From Acidimicrobiales bacterium (GTDB taxonomy: Bacteria; Actinomycetota; Acidimicrobiia; Acidimicrobiales; JAJPHD01), in the NCBI GenBank assembly GCA_039583695.1, contig JAVKSL010000009.1:118-64117 (forward strand): 64,000 bases of DNA. Reading direction: 5' to 3'. Within the stretch, counting starts at the first letter, position 1; the number at the start of each line of letters is the position of its first letter. The notes below the pieces were generated by a model, which saw only the letters and a program-made list of their open reading frames with translations, was not told where the DNA came from and searched no databases. Position numbers and translations under genes: made by a program. This document shows, piece by piece, positions 45,249 through 54,225 of this stretch.

Positions 45249-45884
45249 ATGTCCCACGAACCCATGTCTTCCGCACCCTCACGACAGGCAACATCGGCCA
45301 CCCGGGCCGGCGGCACTGCAGGCGCCGTCACGGCTGCAGTCGCCGTCTGGCTCGTCGCCCGCTACGGCGCCGGGGTGGCGCTGCGCCAACCCGCCTTCAG
45401 CGCCAGAGGGCACCCTGCACACCTGGCGGTCGGTTTCGTGATCGTCGTCTCCACGGTGGCATCACTTGCCGGATGGGGCGTCGCTGGCCTGTTCGGACGC
45501 GCCGCGCACCACCCCCGGATCACCTGGGTGATCATCGCCACGGTTGCAACCGCGCTCTCGTTGTCACTGCCGCCTTCTGGCCACGGGATCACCTCCACGC
45601 AACGTCTCGCCCTTGCCTGCATGCACCTCGCCCTCGCAGCCGTGCTGGTCCCGGCGTTCGCGGCGAGCCTCCCGACGCGGCGCCGCTCGGCGCGAGACCC
45701 AGCCAGAGCCCTCCCCCACAGGCGCAACCACCCAGCGTCGCGCTGCAAGCCCCCACGGATCCGACCGGAGCTCGGCGGCGATCTCGCGAAAGTCCTGGTA
45801 GAGCAGGCGCGACAAGCGAGTGTCCCCCACACTGGGGGAAGAGGTCCAGTTCAGGTGACGGCCCGGTTCCAGCCGGTGGTGTAG
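45249..45884 (+). CDS. hypothetical membrane protein (3' end probably not native)
   Basis: Good RBS (aaaggag, 7 nt upstream of the ATG). Three or four hydrophobic helices in the first ~140 aa. The Arg/Pro-rich tail after ~45690 overlaps a gene fragment on the other strand and looks like read-through past a deletion junction. Confidence 0.5.
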   Translation: MSHEPMSSAPSRQATSATRAGGTAGAVTAAVAVWLVARYGAGVALRQPAFSARGHPAHLAVGFVIVVSTVASLAGWGVAGLFGRAAHHPRITWVIIATVATALSLSLPPSGHGITSTQRLALACMHLALAAVLVPAFAASLPTRRRSARDPARALPHRRNHPASRCKPPRIRPELGGDLAKVLVEQARQASVPHTGGRGPVQVTARFQPVV

Positions 45885-45914
45885 ACGCCGAAGGCGTCGA
45901 GGATCTCCCGCCGG

Positions 45915-46013
45915 AAGGTCGTGGGCCGCGAGCAGGTCTGGCTCGGTGAGGGCTCGCCACACCGCTTCAGGCGGGTGCTTGAGGAATGCGTCGGTGTCGA
46001 TGGCGTCGGTCAA
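45915..46013 (-). pseudogene. SRPBCC (Aha1/START-like) gene, only the first ~30 codons recognisable
   Basis: TTG 46013 overlaps the arsR stop. LTDAIDTDAFLKHPPEAVWRALTEPDLLAA matches the N-terminus of the family (compare the intact paralog at 47657..48145). The sequence afterwards is unrelated. Confidence 0.5.
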
Positions 46014-46342
46014 TGCTGATCCTCCAACACTTCCAACGCATCCCGTAGGGCGTCCAGCCGTGCCCTCCAGAATCGCTCGTAGTGGGTGAGCCATTGCTCG
46101 ACCTCCCGCAGCGGCTTCGCGTTGAGCTGGTAGCGACGTTCCCGCCCTACGCGCTCCTCGCTGACCAAAGACGCTTCCTTGAGGATCCGCAGGTGCTGGG
46201 AGACGGCTGGACGACTGATGGAGAATCCGGCAGCGATGTCCCGTACCGGCAGCGGCCCGCCCGTCAGCGTGGCAAGAAGTGCGCGCCGGACGGGGCTGGC
46301 GATGGCAACGAAGACATCGACCCGCTCCTCTTGGTCAAGCAT
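46010..46342 (-). CDS. ArsR/SmtB-family transcriptional regulator
   Basis: ASPVRRALLATLTGGPLPVRDIAAGFSISRPAVSQHLRILKEASLV. Confidence 0.88.
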   Translation of the reverse strand: MLDQEERVDVFVAIASPVRRALLATLTGGPLPVRDIAAGFSISRPAVSQHLRILKEASLVSEERVGRERRYQLNAKPLREVEQWLTHYERFWRARLDALRDALEVLEDQH

Positions 46343-46711
46343 CAGCAGAAGTCTCTTGTAAGACGATGCCGTTGCCGTCTGGGTCGTCGAAGGTGACGAA
46401 ACGTCCCCACGGCTGCTCCTGGATCCCTCCCTTGATGACTACCCCCTTGGCGGTGAGATCGGCCACATCGCTATCGAGGTCGTCGGTCTCGAGCACCGTG
46501 CCCTTCACCGAACCTGCGGGCATGGTGGGAAACCAGGTGACCAAGGTGATCGCCGTCTGAGCTCCCTTCGGGGCGACCTGTACCCATCGGGCATCTGGTC
46601 CCATTGGGTTGTCCCGAGCAGGTCGAAGCCGAGCACGTCCACGTAGAAATCCCGGGCAAGATCCTGGTCGCGGACCGGAAGTGACAGCAGCTGGATGTGA
46701 GTGATTGCCAT
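46335..46711 (-). pseudogene. VOC/glyoxalase-family gene with a 1-nt frameshift
   Basis: ORF 46505..46873 gives MAITHIQLLSLPVRDQDLARDFYVDVLGFDLL.... ORF 46335..46721 gives ...DNPMGPDARWVQVAPKGAQTAITLV...QEQPWGRFVTFDDPDGNGIVLQE in another frame. The junction is near 46615-46625. Confidence 0.7.
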
Positions 46712-46896
46712 ACCTGTACAATAGGTAAGCAAGGTCTTACGTGTCAAGGGTACCTCCGTCATGCTCCAGGCCCCCGATCGCCTCGCGGCCTCGCTGTGCG
46801 GCACTGCGGGCGACGCCGACCTGCAGACAACTCGACAAACGCTCACGTGCCTCGCCACGATGCCCAACGACATTGCCTGACCCCAATGGCCCGTCC

Positions 46897-47175
46897 GTGA
46901 CGGCTCAGCGGGTAGCCGCCTACCGACTGGGCTTCAGTCGTCTGGCCGTGCCCATCGACGACGGCGACCCCGATGCCGACGACCGCTTGGCCGCCGACGC
47001 GGCGGACGGTGTCGTCGTCGATCATGGCAGCCGAATGGGTCGGCATCTGCAAGCGCGCTCCCGCTTCTTCGATCGCGTGACCGTCAACGCCCTTGAGGGC
47101 AATGTGACCCAGATCATCGTCGTCGGTGGCCGGTTACGACGGCCGCACCTTCCGCTACGGCGCGCCAGAGGTGTG
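46897..47175 (+). pseudogene. SAM-dependent (leucine carboxyl-type, TIGR00027-like) methyltransferase fragment, frameshifted and truncated
   Basis: VTAQRVAAYRLG...RSRFFDRVTVNALEGNVTQIIVVG, then in another frame AGYDGRTFRYGAPEV, then homology is lost. Confidence 0.5.
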
Positions 47176-47342
47176 TTGTGGCGGCTCCGACGTCGCCGTG
47201 CCGCTTCAAGCTTCGGCCAACTGCGCTCTGCCCGGCGATCCAGAGCAGTGAAGGCCGCCACCTGGTTGCCGCCTCGGACTCAGCGAGCCAGCGCTCGCTG
47301 GCGCAGTTGACAGCTCTGTTGGTAAGTGTAGACTGACGGTCC

Positions 47343-47660
47343 ATGGTAGCTTACCGATCTTCGGCGTTGCTGGCGTTGGGTGATCCCACCCGCCTGGCAA
47401 TCTTGGAGCGGCTGGCGGACAGCCCGCTTGCAGTGGTCGATCTCACCAAGGATCTGCCGGTCAGCCGTCCAGCGGTGTCGCAGCACCTGCGTGTGCTCAA
47501 AGACGCCGGATTGGTCATCGACGAGGCCGTGGGCAACCGTCGCATCTACCGGATCGACCCCGACGGTCTGGCCGCCCTGCGAGACCAGCTTGACCGATTC
47601 TGGGGCAAAGCCATGACCGCCTACAAGGCGACCGTCGAAGGATCCAGCGAGGAGAAATGA
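47343..47660 (+). CDS. ArsR/SmtB-family transcriptional regulator
   Basis: LGDPTRLAILERLADSPLAVVDLTKDLPVSRPAVSQHLRVLKDAGLV. Confidence 0.9.
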   Translation: MVAYRSSALLALGDPTRLAILERLADSPLAVVDLTKDLPVSRPAVSQHLRVLKDAGLVIDEAVGNRRIYRIDPDGLAALRDQLDRFWGKAMTAYKATVEGSSEEK

Positions 47661-48145
47661 TGAGCCAGCAACCATCTTCTACCAGTGTTCGCCATTCGGT
47701 TGTGGTCGACGCTCCGATCGACAGGGCGTTCAAGACCTTCATCGAGGACTTCGGCCGCTTCAAGCCGCCCGAGCACAACATGCTCGGGGTGGACATCGCC
47801 GAGACCGTCTTTGAGCCTCGCGTCGGCGGGTCCCTCTACGACCGTGGCGTCGATGGCAGCGAATGCCGTTGGGGTCGCGTCCTCGCTTACGAGCCTCCCC
47901 ATCGAGTGGTCGTCAGCTGGGACATCAGCCCCTCCTGGCAGATCGAGACGGATCTCGATAACACGAGCGAGGTCGAGGTGCGTTTCGTTACCGAGGCGCC
48001 GGGGCAAACCCGGGTCGAGCTGGAGCATCGCAACCTGGAGCGACACGGCCAAGGCTGGGAGGGTGTCCGGGAGGGAGTGGACGGCGAGCAGGGCTGGCCC
48101 CTTTACCTTCGTCGCTACGCCGACCTGTTTATGGCCGAGGGTTGA
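47657..48145 (+). CDS. SRPBCC (Aha1 domain) family protein
   Basis: 162 aa. 4-nt overlap with arsR. VRHSVVVDAPIDRAFKTF...VVVSWDISPSWQIE...RVELEHRNLERHG. Confidence 0.85.
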   Translation: MMSQQPSSTSVRHSVVVDAPIDRAFKTFIEDFGRFKPPEHNMLGVDIAETVFEPRVGGSLYDRGVDGSECRWGRVLAYEPPHRVVVSWDISPSWQIETDLDNTSEVEVRFVTEAPGQTRVELEHRNLERHGQGWEGVREGVDGEQGWPLYLRRYADLFMAEG

Positions 48146-48810
48146 TGCCGGCGACTTATACGCATCGGGCAGCTGGCAGCAACGGCTCCGTAGACGCGAT
48201 GGCAATGGCCCGCGAGGAACGGACCGAGATGGCCGACTTCCTGGCCTCGTTGCGATCAGAGCAGTGGGATCAGGAGAGCCTCTGCCGGGGGTGGCGTCTC
48301 CGAGACGTCGCGGCGCACGTCGTCAGTTACGAGGAGCACGGTTGGGTCGACCTGGCCACGCGGCTGGCGAAGGCTCGCCTTCGTCCGGGTCGAGTAAACG
48401 AGGTGGCGCTGGCCGAGTACGCGGCGCTTGAACCGCAGATGCTGGTGGCGTTCTTGCGCGAGCACCTCACGCCCCGTGGTGCTACCGCGCGGTTCGGCGG
48501 CCGGGTTGGACTGGTCGATGCCCTCATCCACCATCAGGACATGCGCCGTCCGCTCGGCATGCCACGAAAGATCCCTCCCGAGCGGTTTGCGTGCGCGCTG
48601 CCGTTCGCGGTGACGGCTCCACCGCTGCGGGGGTTCTGGAACGCCCGCGGCGTCCGACTGGTGGCTACCGACCTCGACTGGACGTGGGGAAGAGGACCCG
48701 AAGCCCGAGCTCCAGCCGAAGCGGTGCTCATGGTCCTCGCAGGGCGGCACGGCGTGGCTGATGAACTCACCGGTCCGGGAGCGTCGATCCTTCAGCAGCG
48801 GCTTGGGTGA
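48142..48810 (+). CDS. maleylpyruvate isomerase-family mycothiol-dependent (DinB-like) enzyme
   Basis: ...ERTEMADFLASLRSEQWDQESLCRGWRLRDVAAHV.... TIGR03083-like N-terminal domain. Start may be ATG ~48199. Confidence 0.8.
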   Translation: MMPATYTHRAAGSNGSVDAMAMAREERTEMADFLASLRSEQWDQESLCRGWRLRDVAAHVVSYEEHGWVDLATRLAKARLRPGRVNEVALAEYAALEPQMLVAFLREHLTPRGATARFGGRVGLVDALIHHQDMRRPLGMPRKIPPERFACALPFAVTAPPLRGFWNARGVRLVATDLDWTWGRGPEARAPAEAVLMVLAGRHGVADELTGPGASILQQRLG

Positions 48811-49112
48811 GCGGCGCCGACACTTATGTTGCGACTACGTCCTCCAGACAGGAGGAGCCCGGGCACGCGCGACCGAGGTGCGGACCTGGTTAGTGACAGA
48901 GGTTCAGCAGGTTCAGAGGAAACGCACTGACGCGACACTATCGCCGACGGCCAACGGCGCCAGGATCCGGAACGGCGGCGTGCTACGATCGGGAGTGGCA
49001 CCTGGAGGGCGCCACCGGGTCCGCGGGAAGGACTGAGTCCACCTCCGAATCACCCTCCTGTGGCCTCTTCCTCGGCCTGAGCAGCGGACCGCAGGCGCAG
49101 GAGGGAGACACC

Positions 49113-49385
49113 ATGTCCACTTCGCTTCCCGAGCGCACCGATCTCGAACAGCTGCGCCGCCAGGCCAAGGAGCTGCGCGACGCCGCGGCGCGTCGCTCTC
49201 GGGCGTTCACCAGGCCGGTTACCGTTGCCAACGCCATGGCCGAGCGTCCTGCACCTTGTGGTTGGCCGGGAACGGCGGAAACAGCGGAAGCTTTCGTGAT
49301 CGGCACTCGCCGCCTGGAGCTGGCGTCCGTGTCGGTCGCGGGCAACCCCAACGCCATTGCCGCCATCGTGAAAGCGAACCGGTAA
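49113..49385 (+). CDS. hypothetical protein (possibly a decayed gene)
   Basis: Strong RBS (aggaggga) 6 nt upstream of the ATG. The N-terminus MSTSLPERTDLEQLRRQAKELRDAA looks like a conserved actinobacterial N-terminal motif. The rest is unconvincing. Confidence 0.35.
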   Translation: MSTSLPERTDLEQLRRQAKELRDAAARRSRAFTRPVTVANAMAERPAPCGWPGTAETAEAFVIGTRRLELASVSVAGNPNAIAAIVKANR

Positions 49386-49427
49386 CAGCCAGCTCCGGCG
49401 AGCCGTGAAAGACATCCTGGTGTGCCC

Positions 49428-49745
49428 CAGCCGGATCGCCAGTCGGGTGCTGGCTGTGACACGCGCGCTGGCAGGTCGAGGAGCTGGCGGAGAGCGGCGT
49501 CTCTGACCTGGCCGGCGATGTGTCGCTCTACGGCGTCGACGAAGCCTGGCTGGGTGGCCGCGAAGGCCTTGCGCCCTCGGGGCTGAGGGCGGCGTAGACG
49601 GTCCGTCGGTGGCTCGGGTCGCGCTAAAGGGTGAGCAGGCCACGCTACTCCAGCCGGTCGACGGTCTTGGCCACCGCGCTCTTGGCGACACCGAGCGCCC
49701 CGGCGATCTCGACCATCCGCAGCTGGCGACCCGATCCGTCGCCCG
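49428..49745 (-). pseudogene. MarR-family regulator paralog, 5'-truncated with in-frame stops
   Basis: Aligns by eye with 44095-44420. The sense translation reads ...RMVEIAGALGVAKSAVAKTVDRLE*RGLLTL*RDPSHRRTVYAALSPEG, with TAG codons where the intact copy has E and E. Confidence 0.8.
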
Positions 49746-49801
49746 CAAGGGATCGTCGACCGTACCCCGGCTAGATCTTTGTCGCCGGGCATGATTGCAA
49801 T

Positions 49802-50383
49802 GTGGACGCGGAGACGGTTGCGATCTACGAAGCCAACGCGGATCGTTGGGCCGCCCGGCGCGGAGTGGCAGGTGACGAGCTTGCCGCCGCGTTCCGATCG
49901 CGGGTGGGCGCCAGCTTGGTCCTCGACGCAGGCTGTGGCGCCGGTCGTTACCTCGGTCAGCTCGGCGCAGACGCGGTCGGCTTGGATGCCGCAGTTGCGA
50001 TGCTCGGGCTGGCCCGCCGGAGCCAGACCCCGCTCGTCGGGGGCGACTTGGAGCGCCTGCCGTTTAGAACCGGCGTGTTCGCTGGTGTCTTCGCCCGTCA
50101 CTCCTACCTGCACCTTCCGAAGGATCGGTTGGTCCCGGCGCTCGGGGAGGCCCGCAGAGTGCTTCGCCTAGGAGGCCTGATTCTGGTCTCGATGATCTCT
50201 GGTGGTAGCCAGGGGCGTCAGCTTCCCGGTGACGACTTCCCGGGTCGATGGTTCTCGCTGTGGGGCGAAGCGGAGCTGCTCGACGCGATCAGCGCCGCCG
50301 GCTTCGACGCCGTCACTGCGGTTGTCTACGAGCGTGGGTGGGGGGACCCAGACATCGTCGTCACTGCCAGCTGGCCCCGGTGA
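49802..50383 (+). CDS. class I SAM-dependent methyltransferase
   Basis: VLDAGCGAGRYL (motif I), ...FAGVFARHSYLHL..., LRLGGLILVS. Confidence 0.85.
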   Translation: MDAETVAIYEANADRWAARRGVAGDELAAAFRSRVGASLVLDAGCGAGRYLGQLGADAVGLDAAVAMLGLARRSQTPLVGGDLERLPFRTGVFAGVFARHSYLHLPKDRLVPALGEARRVLRLGGLILVSMISGGSQGRQLPGDDFPGRWFSLWGEAELLDAISAAGFDAVTAVVYERGWGDPDIVVTASWPR

Positions 50384-50580
50384 GGGTCGCCAAGGGTCGG
50401 GAATCGGACGTGGAACGCTGGGGACAGCCGTGGGGTTACCTACCCCGGTGCCTCGCCGCCGGAAACGATTCGGCCAGTATGAGGGTCGTCCCGGGTCTCG
50501 TTCGCTGAAGCCCAACCCCCTACGGCGGCCGCCCGCGGTCGAGGTGGGCGAACAACATGTTCGCACCGCAGGGGATCGGC

Positions 50581-50930
50581 CTACCGGCGACCGATCTCCA
50601 TGCCCCAGTGCTCGGCAATCAACCCAGCGGCGTCTAACCGCAGCGCTTCGACGGTCTGTCGCTCGACCGGCACGCCACTTCGGTCCCTGCCGCGCCAGGA
50701 CAGCACCGCAACACCGAGATCATCCGTCCAGGCGGCCTCAGTTGCAACGCGCAGCGAGCTCGCCAAGGCTGCGCCGAGCGCCAGCCACTACGGCGGCGCA
50801 CTCTTGCGGTCCGATGAGCTCTGAGCCTTCCGGCCGCTGGTGGTCCAGGTTGTCCACGCTAAAGATCGCGCAGGCCGCTCGAACCTCGCCGCTCGAGAAG
50901 CATCGGCCATCCTCGATCGTAGGCGACAAG
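50581..50930 (-). pseudogene. possible NTF2/SnoaL-like gene, frameshifted
   Basis: ORFs 50738..51040 (...EVRAACAIFSVDNLDHQRPEGSELIGPQECAAVVAG...) and 50581..50766 (...AAWTDDLGVAVLSWRGRDRSGVPVERQTVEALRLDAAGLIAEHWG) are in different frames. The latter has the typical SnoaL-like C-terminus. Confidence 0.35.
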
Positions 50931-52203
50931 ACAGGCGCAAGGTCAGTTGCGCGCAGGCGTAGCGAGTTCGGCGGGCGGGAACGTCCGGGCGCCAGGAAGC
51001 CCTGTCGTTCGCATCGGCGCGGCTCAGGTCGATCCTGCACGTCTCGGTGGTCGTCGCTTGCGGCGTCCTTACGCGGAACCTCCTGCGGACAAGCGGCAGC
51101 CGCCGGTCAGGCGAACATGTGCGCGTCCCGTAGCGGGATCGTCGGCGGGCCAACGATGGTAAGCGCTGGCTACCATCGTTGGCGAGGATTCCACGTTCGC
51201 ACACGTGCTGGTGGTGGTCGCTTTCGATCCTTGGCACCCAGAACGATCCTTCCGGTACGCCTTGGAGCAACGTCCCGGCCGGAGCCGCATGCATGCAGAT
51301 CGACGGTGCGGCATGCGGGACGAGGGCGGCCGTCAGCACGGAACGGGAGCACCGAACGTCCACCTCACAAGGGAGGCCGGTGGTACAGAACGACAGGCTC
51401 GACCGGCGGCCGCCGCACGCTGCGACCGAAGCGGCGATCTGCACCCTCGATCTGCTGGGCCAGCCTGGCGCAGAACGCGCGTTCGCGCGATGCCGCCCCG
51501 CCGACATCCGTCCCCACAGCTCCTGGTGGGAGACCGTAGGCCATCGTGGCGCTGTTCGCCATCAGGTCGACCGACCCGGTCGGTAGCCGACTTGGACCTA
51601 GTTGGGCTGAAGGACAGGTATCAGAATGAACTTATTCGGGGGTCGGGTGGCCTGGAGAGTCGCGGTGCGGACGAAGCAGCTGAGTGAAGATGCCGCTGGA
51701 TGAGTGCGTGACTATGACAGAGACTGCGGCTCGGCTCGGAATCCCCCGTGGCGGGCCGGGGGCGAGCCTGTGCGACCGGGGAGCCTGAACTACCGGCCAG
51801 CCGGGGCAACCTGGGCCTCGCCAGAGGCCAGAACTATTGGAGCTATTGGCCGAGATGGCCGCCAACTGCGGCGAGTGTTTCGCTCTGCTGTGCCCGGCGG
51901 GTGGCTGGTGGTGGTGACCAAGAAGATGCGCCGGGCCGGCCGGCTGGTCGATCTGGCCGGGATCACGAGCCGCCTTGGCGCGGGAGGCGGGCTGGGCCTA
52001 CGTGCAGCGCGCGCCTTCGCCGGGACCATGCACGCCTACCGCAGTGCCCGGCGAGCCCGCCAAAGCGTGATCAACCAGAGGACGGCTATGCCGCCATCCA
52101 TCCCGCACGACGCACGACGAACGGCCTACGGCGACGTGAAAGAGCCGGCGAGGCACTGGGTCATCACCGATAGACGATCCACTACCGGACGGCCCGAAGG
52201 CAA

Positions 52204-52350
52204 TCAGGCCGACCGCTGGAACACGGATACGACCGTCGGTCGGCCCAGGTTGGCACGGCTCGCCTTGACTTGCTCAGGCAGCTCGTCGGGGGTCTCGTAG
52301 GTTTCGGCTGTTGCGCCCTCCTCGGCCAGCAGGTTGTCGATCTTGCTCAT
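52204..52350 (-). CDS. small acidic protein, putative partner (antitoxin-like) of the upstream disrupted ORF
   Basis: ATG 52350 inside ORF 52204..52413: MSKIDNLLAEEGATAETYETPDELPEQVKASRANLGRPTVVSV.... ATGA overlap with the upstream ORF's stop. ggagaggagga SD. Confidence 0.4.
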   Translation of the reverse strand: MSKIDNLLAEEGATAETYETPDELPEQVKASRANLGRPTVVSVFQRSA

Positions 52351-52652
52351 GCATCCTCCTCTCCGTAGAGGTGTCGGTCTCGTTGGTTCGCCCTCCATGC
52401 GTTGGCACCCCACCAGTCCCCGTCAGGCTGTTCTGCCAGCTCGGCGGCAGGGTCGACCAGGATCACGGTGAGCACCGTGCCGGCGGTGACCGAGTAGCCG
52501 ATTGCTCTCACGGCGTGGCCGGATCAGCTGGCGGGGTCAGGCGTCAACCAGATGGCGTGCTCGTCGGCGACCGCCACGGCGGCCCATCCGGGCTCGACAG
52601 CGTGGCGCGTACTGATGCAACCGGCCCGCTTGCTCCAGTCGATTCGAAGCAC
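52347..52652 (-). pseudogene. ~100-aa ORF interrupted by one in-frame TGA (toxin-like small protein, family not identified)
   Basis: Hand translation from GTG 52652: VLRIDWSKRAGCISTRHAVEPGWAAVAVADEHAIWLTPDPAS*SGHAVRAIGYSVTAGTVLTVILVDP...DWWGANAWRANQRDRHLYGEEDA*. TGA at 52524-52526 is in the same frame on both sides. Confidence 0.4.
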
Positions 52653-52781
52653 GCCTACAGCTTACTACAAACACCTACGCTGGCTGTACGCAGCCCTATC
52701 CCCTTCCGGCGATGCATGAACTGCGCGTGCGTCAGTGTGCTACCCGACCAAGGGCGCCCGCCATCGTGACGAACACGTGTG

Positions 52782-52811
52782 CGTCCCGCTAACCGATGGG
52801 TCAGCGGGACG
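52782..52811 (-). terminator. candidate terminator hairpin downstream of vapC
   Basis: Perfect 9-bp stem cgtcccgct/agcgggacg with a 12-nt loop, about 30 nt past the vapC stop. No U-tract. Confidence 0.4.
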
Positions 52812-52839
52812 GCCCGCACCGGGAGCGAGTCCAGCTGGC

Positions 52840-53244
52840 TTATGGTTCCCGCCGAACTACGGGGAGCCCCGCGATCTTTGCGTCGAGGCGGTCAAAGCTG
52901 AGAAGGCCATCTAGGTGTCGTTGCTCCACCAACGCGACCAGGTAGGCATCGGGCCAGTCCATGTTCCGTTGCCCATAATGCTCCAACGTTCGACGCAGGA
53001 GCGCTTCGTTGTCGACGGCGACGGAGGCTAACGACAGGGTGGCTTCGACGAGGCGAGCCACCTCGTGCCTGGGCCGGGCATAGGGGCCCTGAAGGACATA
53101 GACGATCTCGGTCAAGGTGAGGTCGGTGAGCACCAGGCTGCGGGGCGGAGCCTCGGTTAGAGCCGAGGTGGCCCGGGCAGCCATCTCGGGTGGCTGCCCG
53201 GTGAAGTGGCGGAGGACCACGTTCGCATCAAGGGCTTCGCGCAT
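52840..53244 (-). CDS. vapC: PIN-domain toxin VapC
   Basis: ORF 52840..53325 trimmed to ATG 53244: MREALDANVVLRHF...LTDLTLTEIVYVL...DWPDAYLVALVEQRHLDGLLSFD. Overlaps the antitoxin stop. Confidence 0.8.
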   Translation of the reverse strand: MREALDANVVLRHFTGQPPEMAARATSALTEAPPRSLVLTDLTLTEIVYVLQGPYARPRHEVARLVEATLSLASVAVDNEALLRRTLEHYGQRNMDWPDAYLVALVEQRHLDGLLSFDRLDAKIAGLPVVRREP

Positions 53245-53516
53245 CACCCCGAGAGATTGTCGTGACGCTCCGCCTGTGCTGACCACGCCGCTTCGCGAAG
53301 GTTCGGCCAGTCTGCGCCCGTCCACTCAGCGGGGATGGGCACCGAGCCAGCCAGGGCCACGAAGTCCGCCGCCTTGCGTAGCTGGGCGTGAGGAGTGCCA
53401 CGCCCAGGGTCCACTTCGAAGATCACGTCGTCGCCCGGTTCGAGGTCCAAGGCTCGACGGACCGCTGCGGGGATCGTTACCTGGCCTTTGGCCGTGATCC
53501 TGCTTGCTACTTCCAT
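53244..53516 (-). CDS. AbrB/MazE/SpoVT-family antitoxin
   Basis: MEVASRITAKGQVTIPAAVRRALDLEPGDDVIFEVD is the SpoVT-AbrB looped-hinge-helix motif. Confidence 0.82.
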   Translation of the reverse strand: MEVASRITAKGQVTIPAAVRRALDLEPGDDVIFEVDPGRGTPHAQLRKAADFVALAGSVPIPAEWTGADWPNLREAAWSAQAERHDNLSG

Positions 53517-53616
53517 GCTCCTTACCATAGTGCCTAGTAAGGCTCTACCGTATCGTAAGGAGATGTCGGCCAGCTTCCCAGTGGAGGGTCGACGAGTGAG
53601 ACAGGCGCCGGAGCGA

Positions 53617-54225
53617 TCAGTCGGTCGACAGCGAGGGCCATCGCTGCTGGGCCCAATCGAGCCACGCTCGCCCTGAGCGACACCCTGGTGGGTCGTCGCA
53701 GTCGGTGCCAGCCATCTCTTCCACGTCAGGGACCTCGAACTGGTTCCTCCACCGGTCGAGATCCGAAGCGGTCATGGGGAAGGTCTCTTGAGGCGCCTGC
53801 CGCCAGCGTTGTTCGATGCGGGCCAGCTGGGTCGTCCGATCCACCGGTATGTAGACCAGCTGAAAGCAGCCATGCTCCTGCTCGACCAGCCAACGCAGCG
53901 CCGACCGCTCATCCCTGGCCCAGCAGCCGAAGTCCAACACGACGTTCGTGCCCAACCGGAGCAGCTGCAACGCGAGGGTGATGAGGCGTCCCTCCAGCAC
54001 GTCGCGCTTGCCACCGGCCTCGGACTCGCCGAACAACGGGATCATCCACTCGTCCGGGGTGAGCCGCAGCGCGGCATGTTCGTCCGCCAATCGCTTGGCC
54101 ACCATCGTCTTGCCGGCGCCGGGCAGGCCGACGACCAAGTAGAGGCTGGCCACAACCTCATCCTGCCACCACCAACCTGGCCTGTGCTGCCGTCGGAGGC
54201 GCGCTCGTTGGGGCATGGCCTTCAA
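53617..54225 (-). CDS. P-loop ATPase/kinase (AAA_33 / zeta-toxin-like fold)
   Basis: LYLVVGLPGAGKTMVAKRLA (Walker A) and ...NVVLDFGCW... (Walker B-like). Start may be GTG ~54156. Confidence 0.7.
   Translation of the reverse strand: MKAMPQRARLRRQHRPGWWWQDEVVASLYLVVGLPGAGKTMVAKRLADEHAALRLTPDEWMIPLFGESEAGGKRDVLEGRLITLALQLLRLGTNVVLDFGCWARDERSALRWLVEQEHGCFQLVYIPVDRTTQLARIEQRWRQAPQETFPMTASDLDRWRNQFEVPDVEEMAGTDCDDPPGCRSGRAWLDWAQQRWPSLSTD

Noticed and set aside
50202-51539. 445-aa ORF as a real large protein in the unassigned region.
   Set aside because: It has extreme Arg/Pro/Ser/Gly composition. It begins inside the intact methyltransferase gene in another frame and has no motif. It is treated as a shadow frame over decayed DNA.
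52524-52526. The in-frame TGA as selenocysteine or programmed read-through.
   Set aside because: No SECIS-like hairpin is evident immediately downstream, and the context is a decaying accessory region with many other lesions. A nonsense mutation is the simpler reading.
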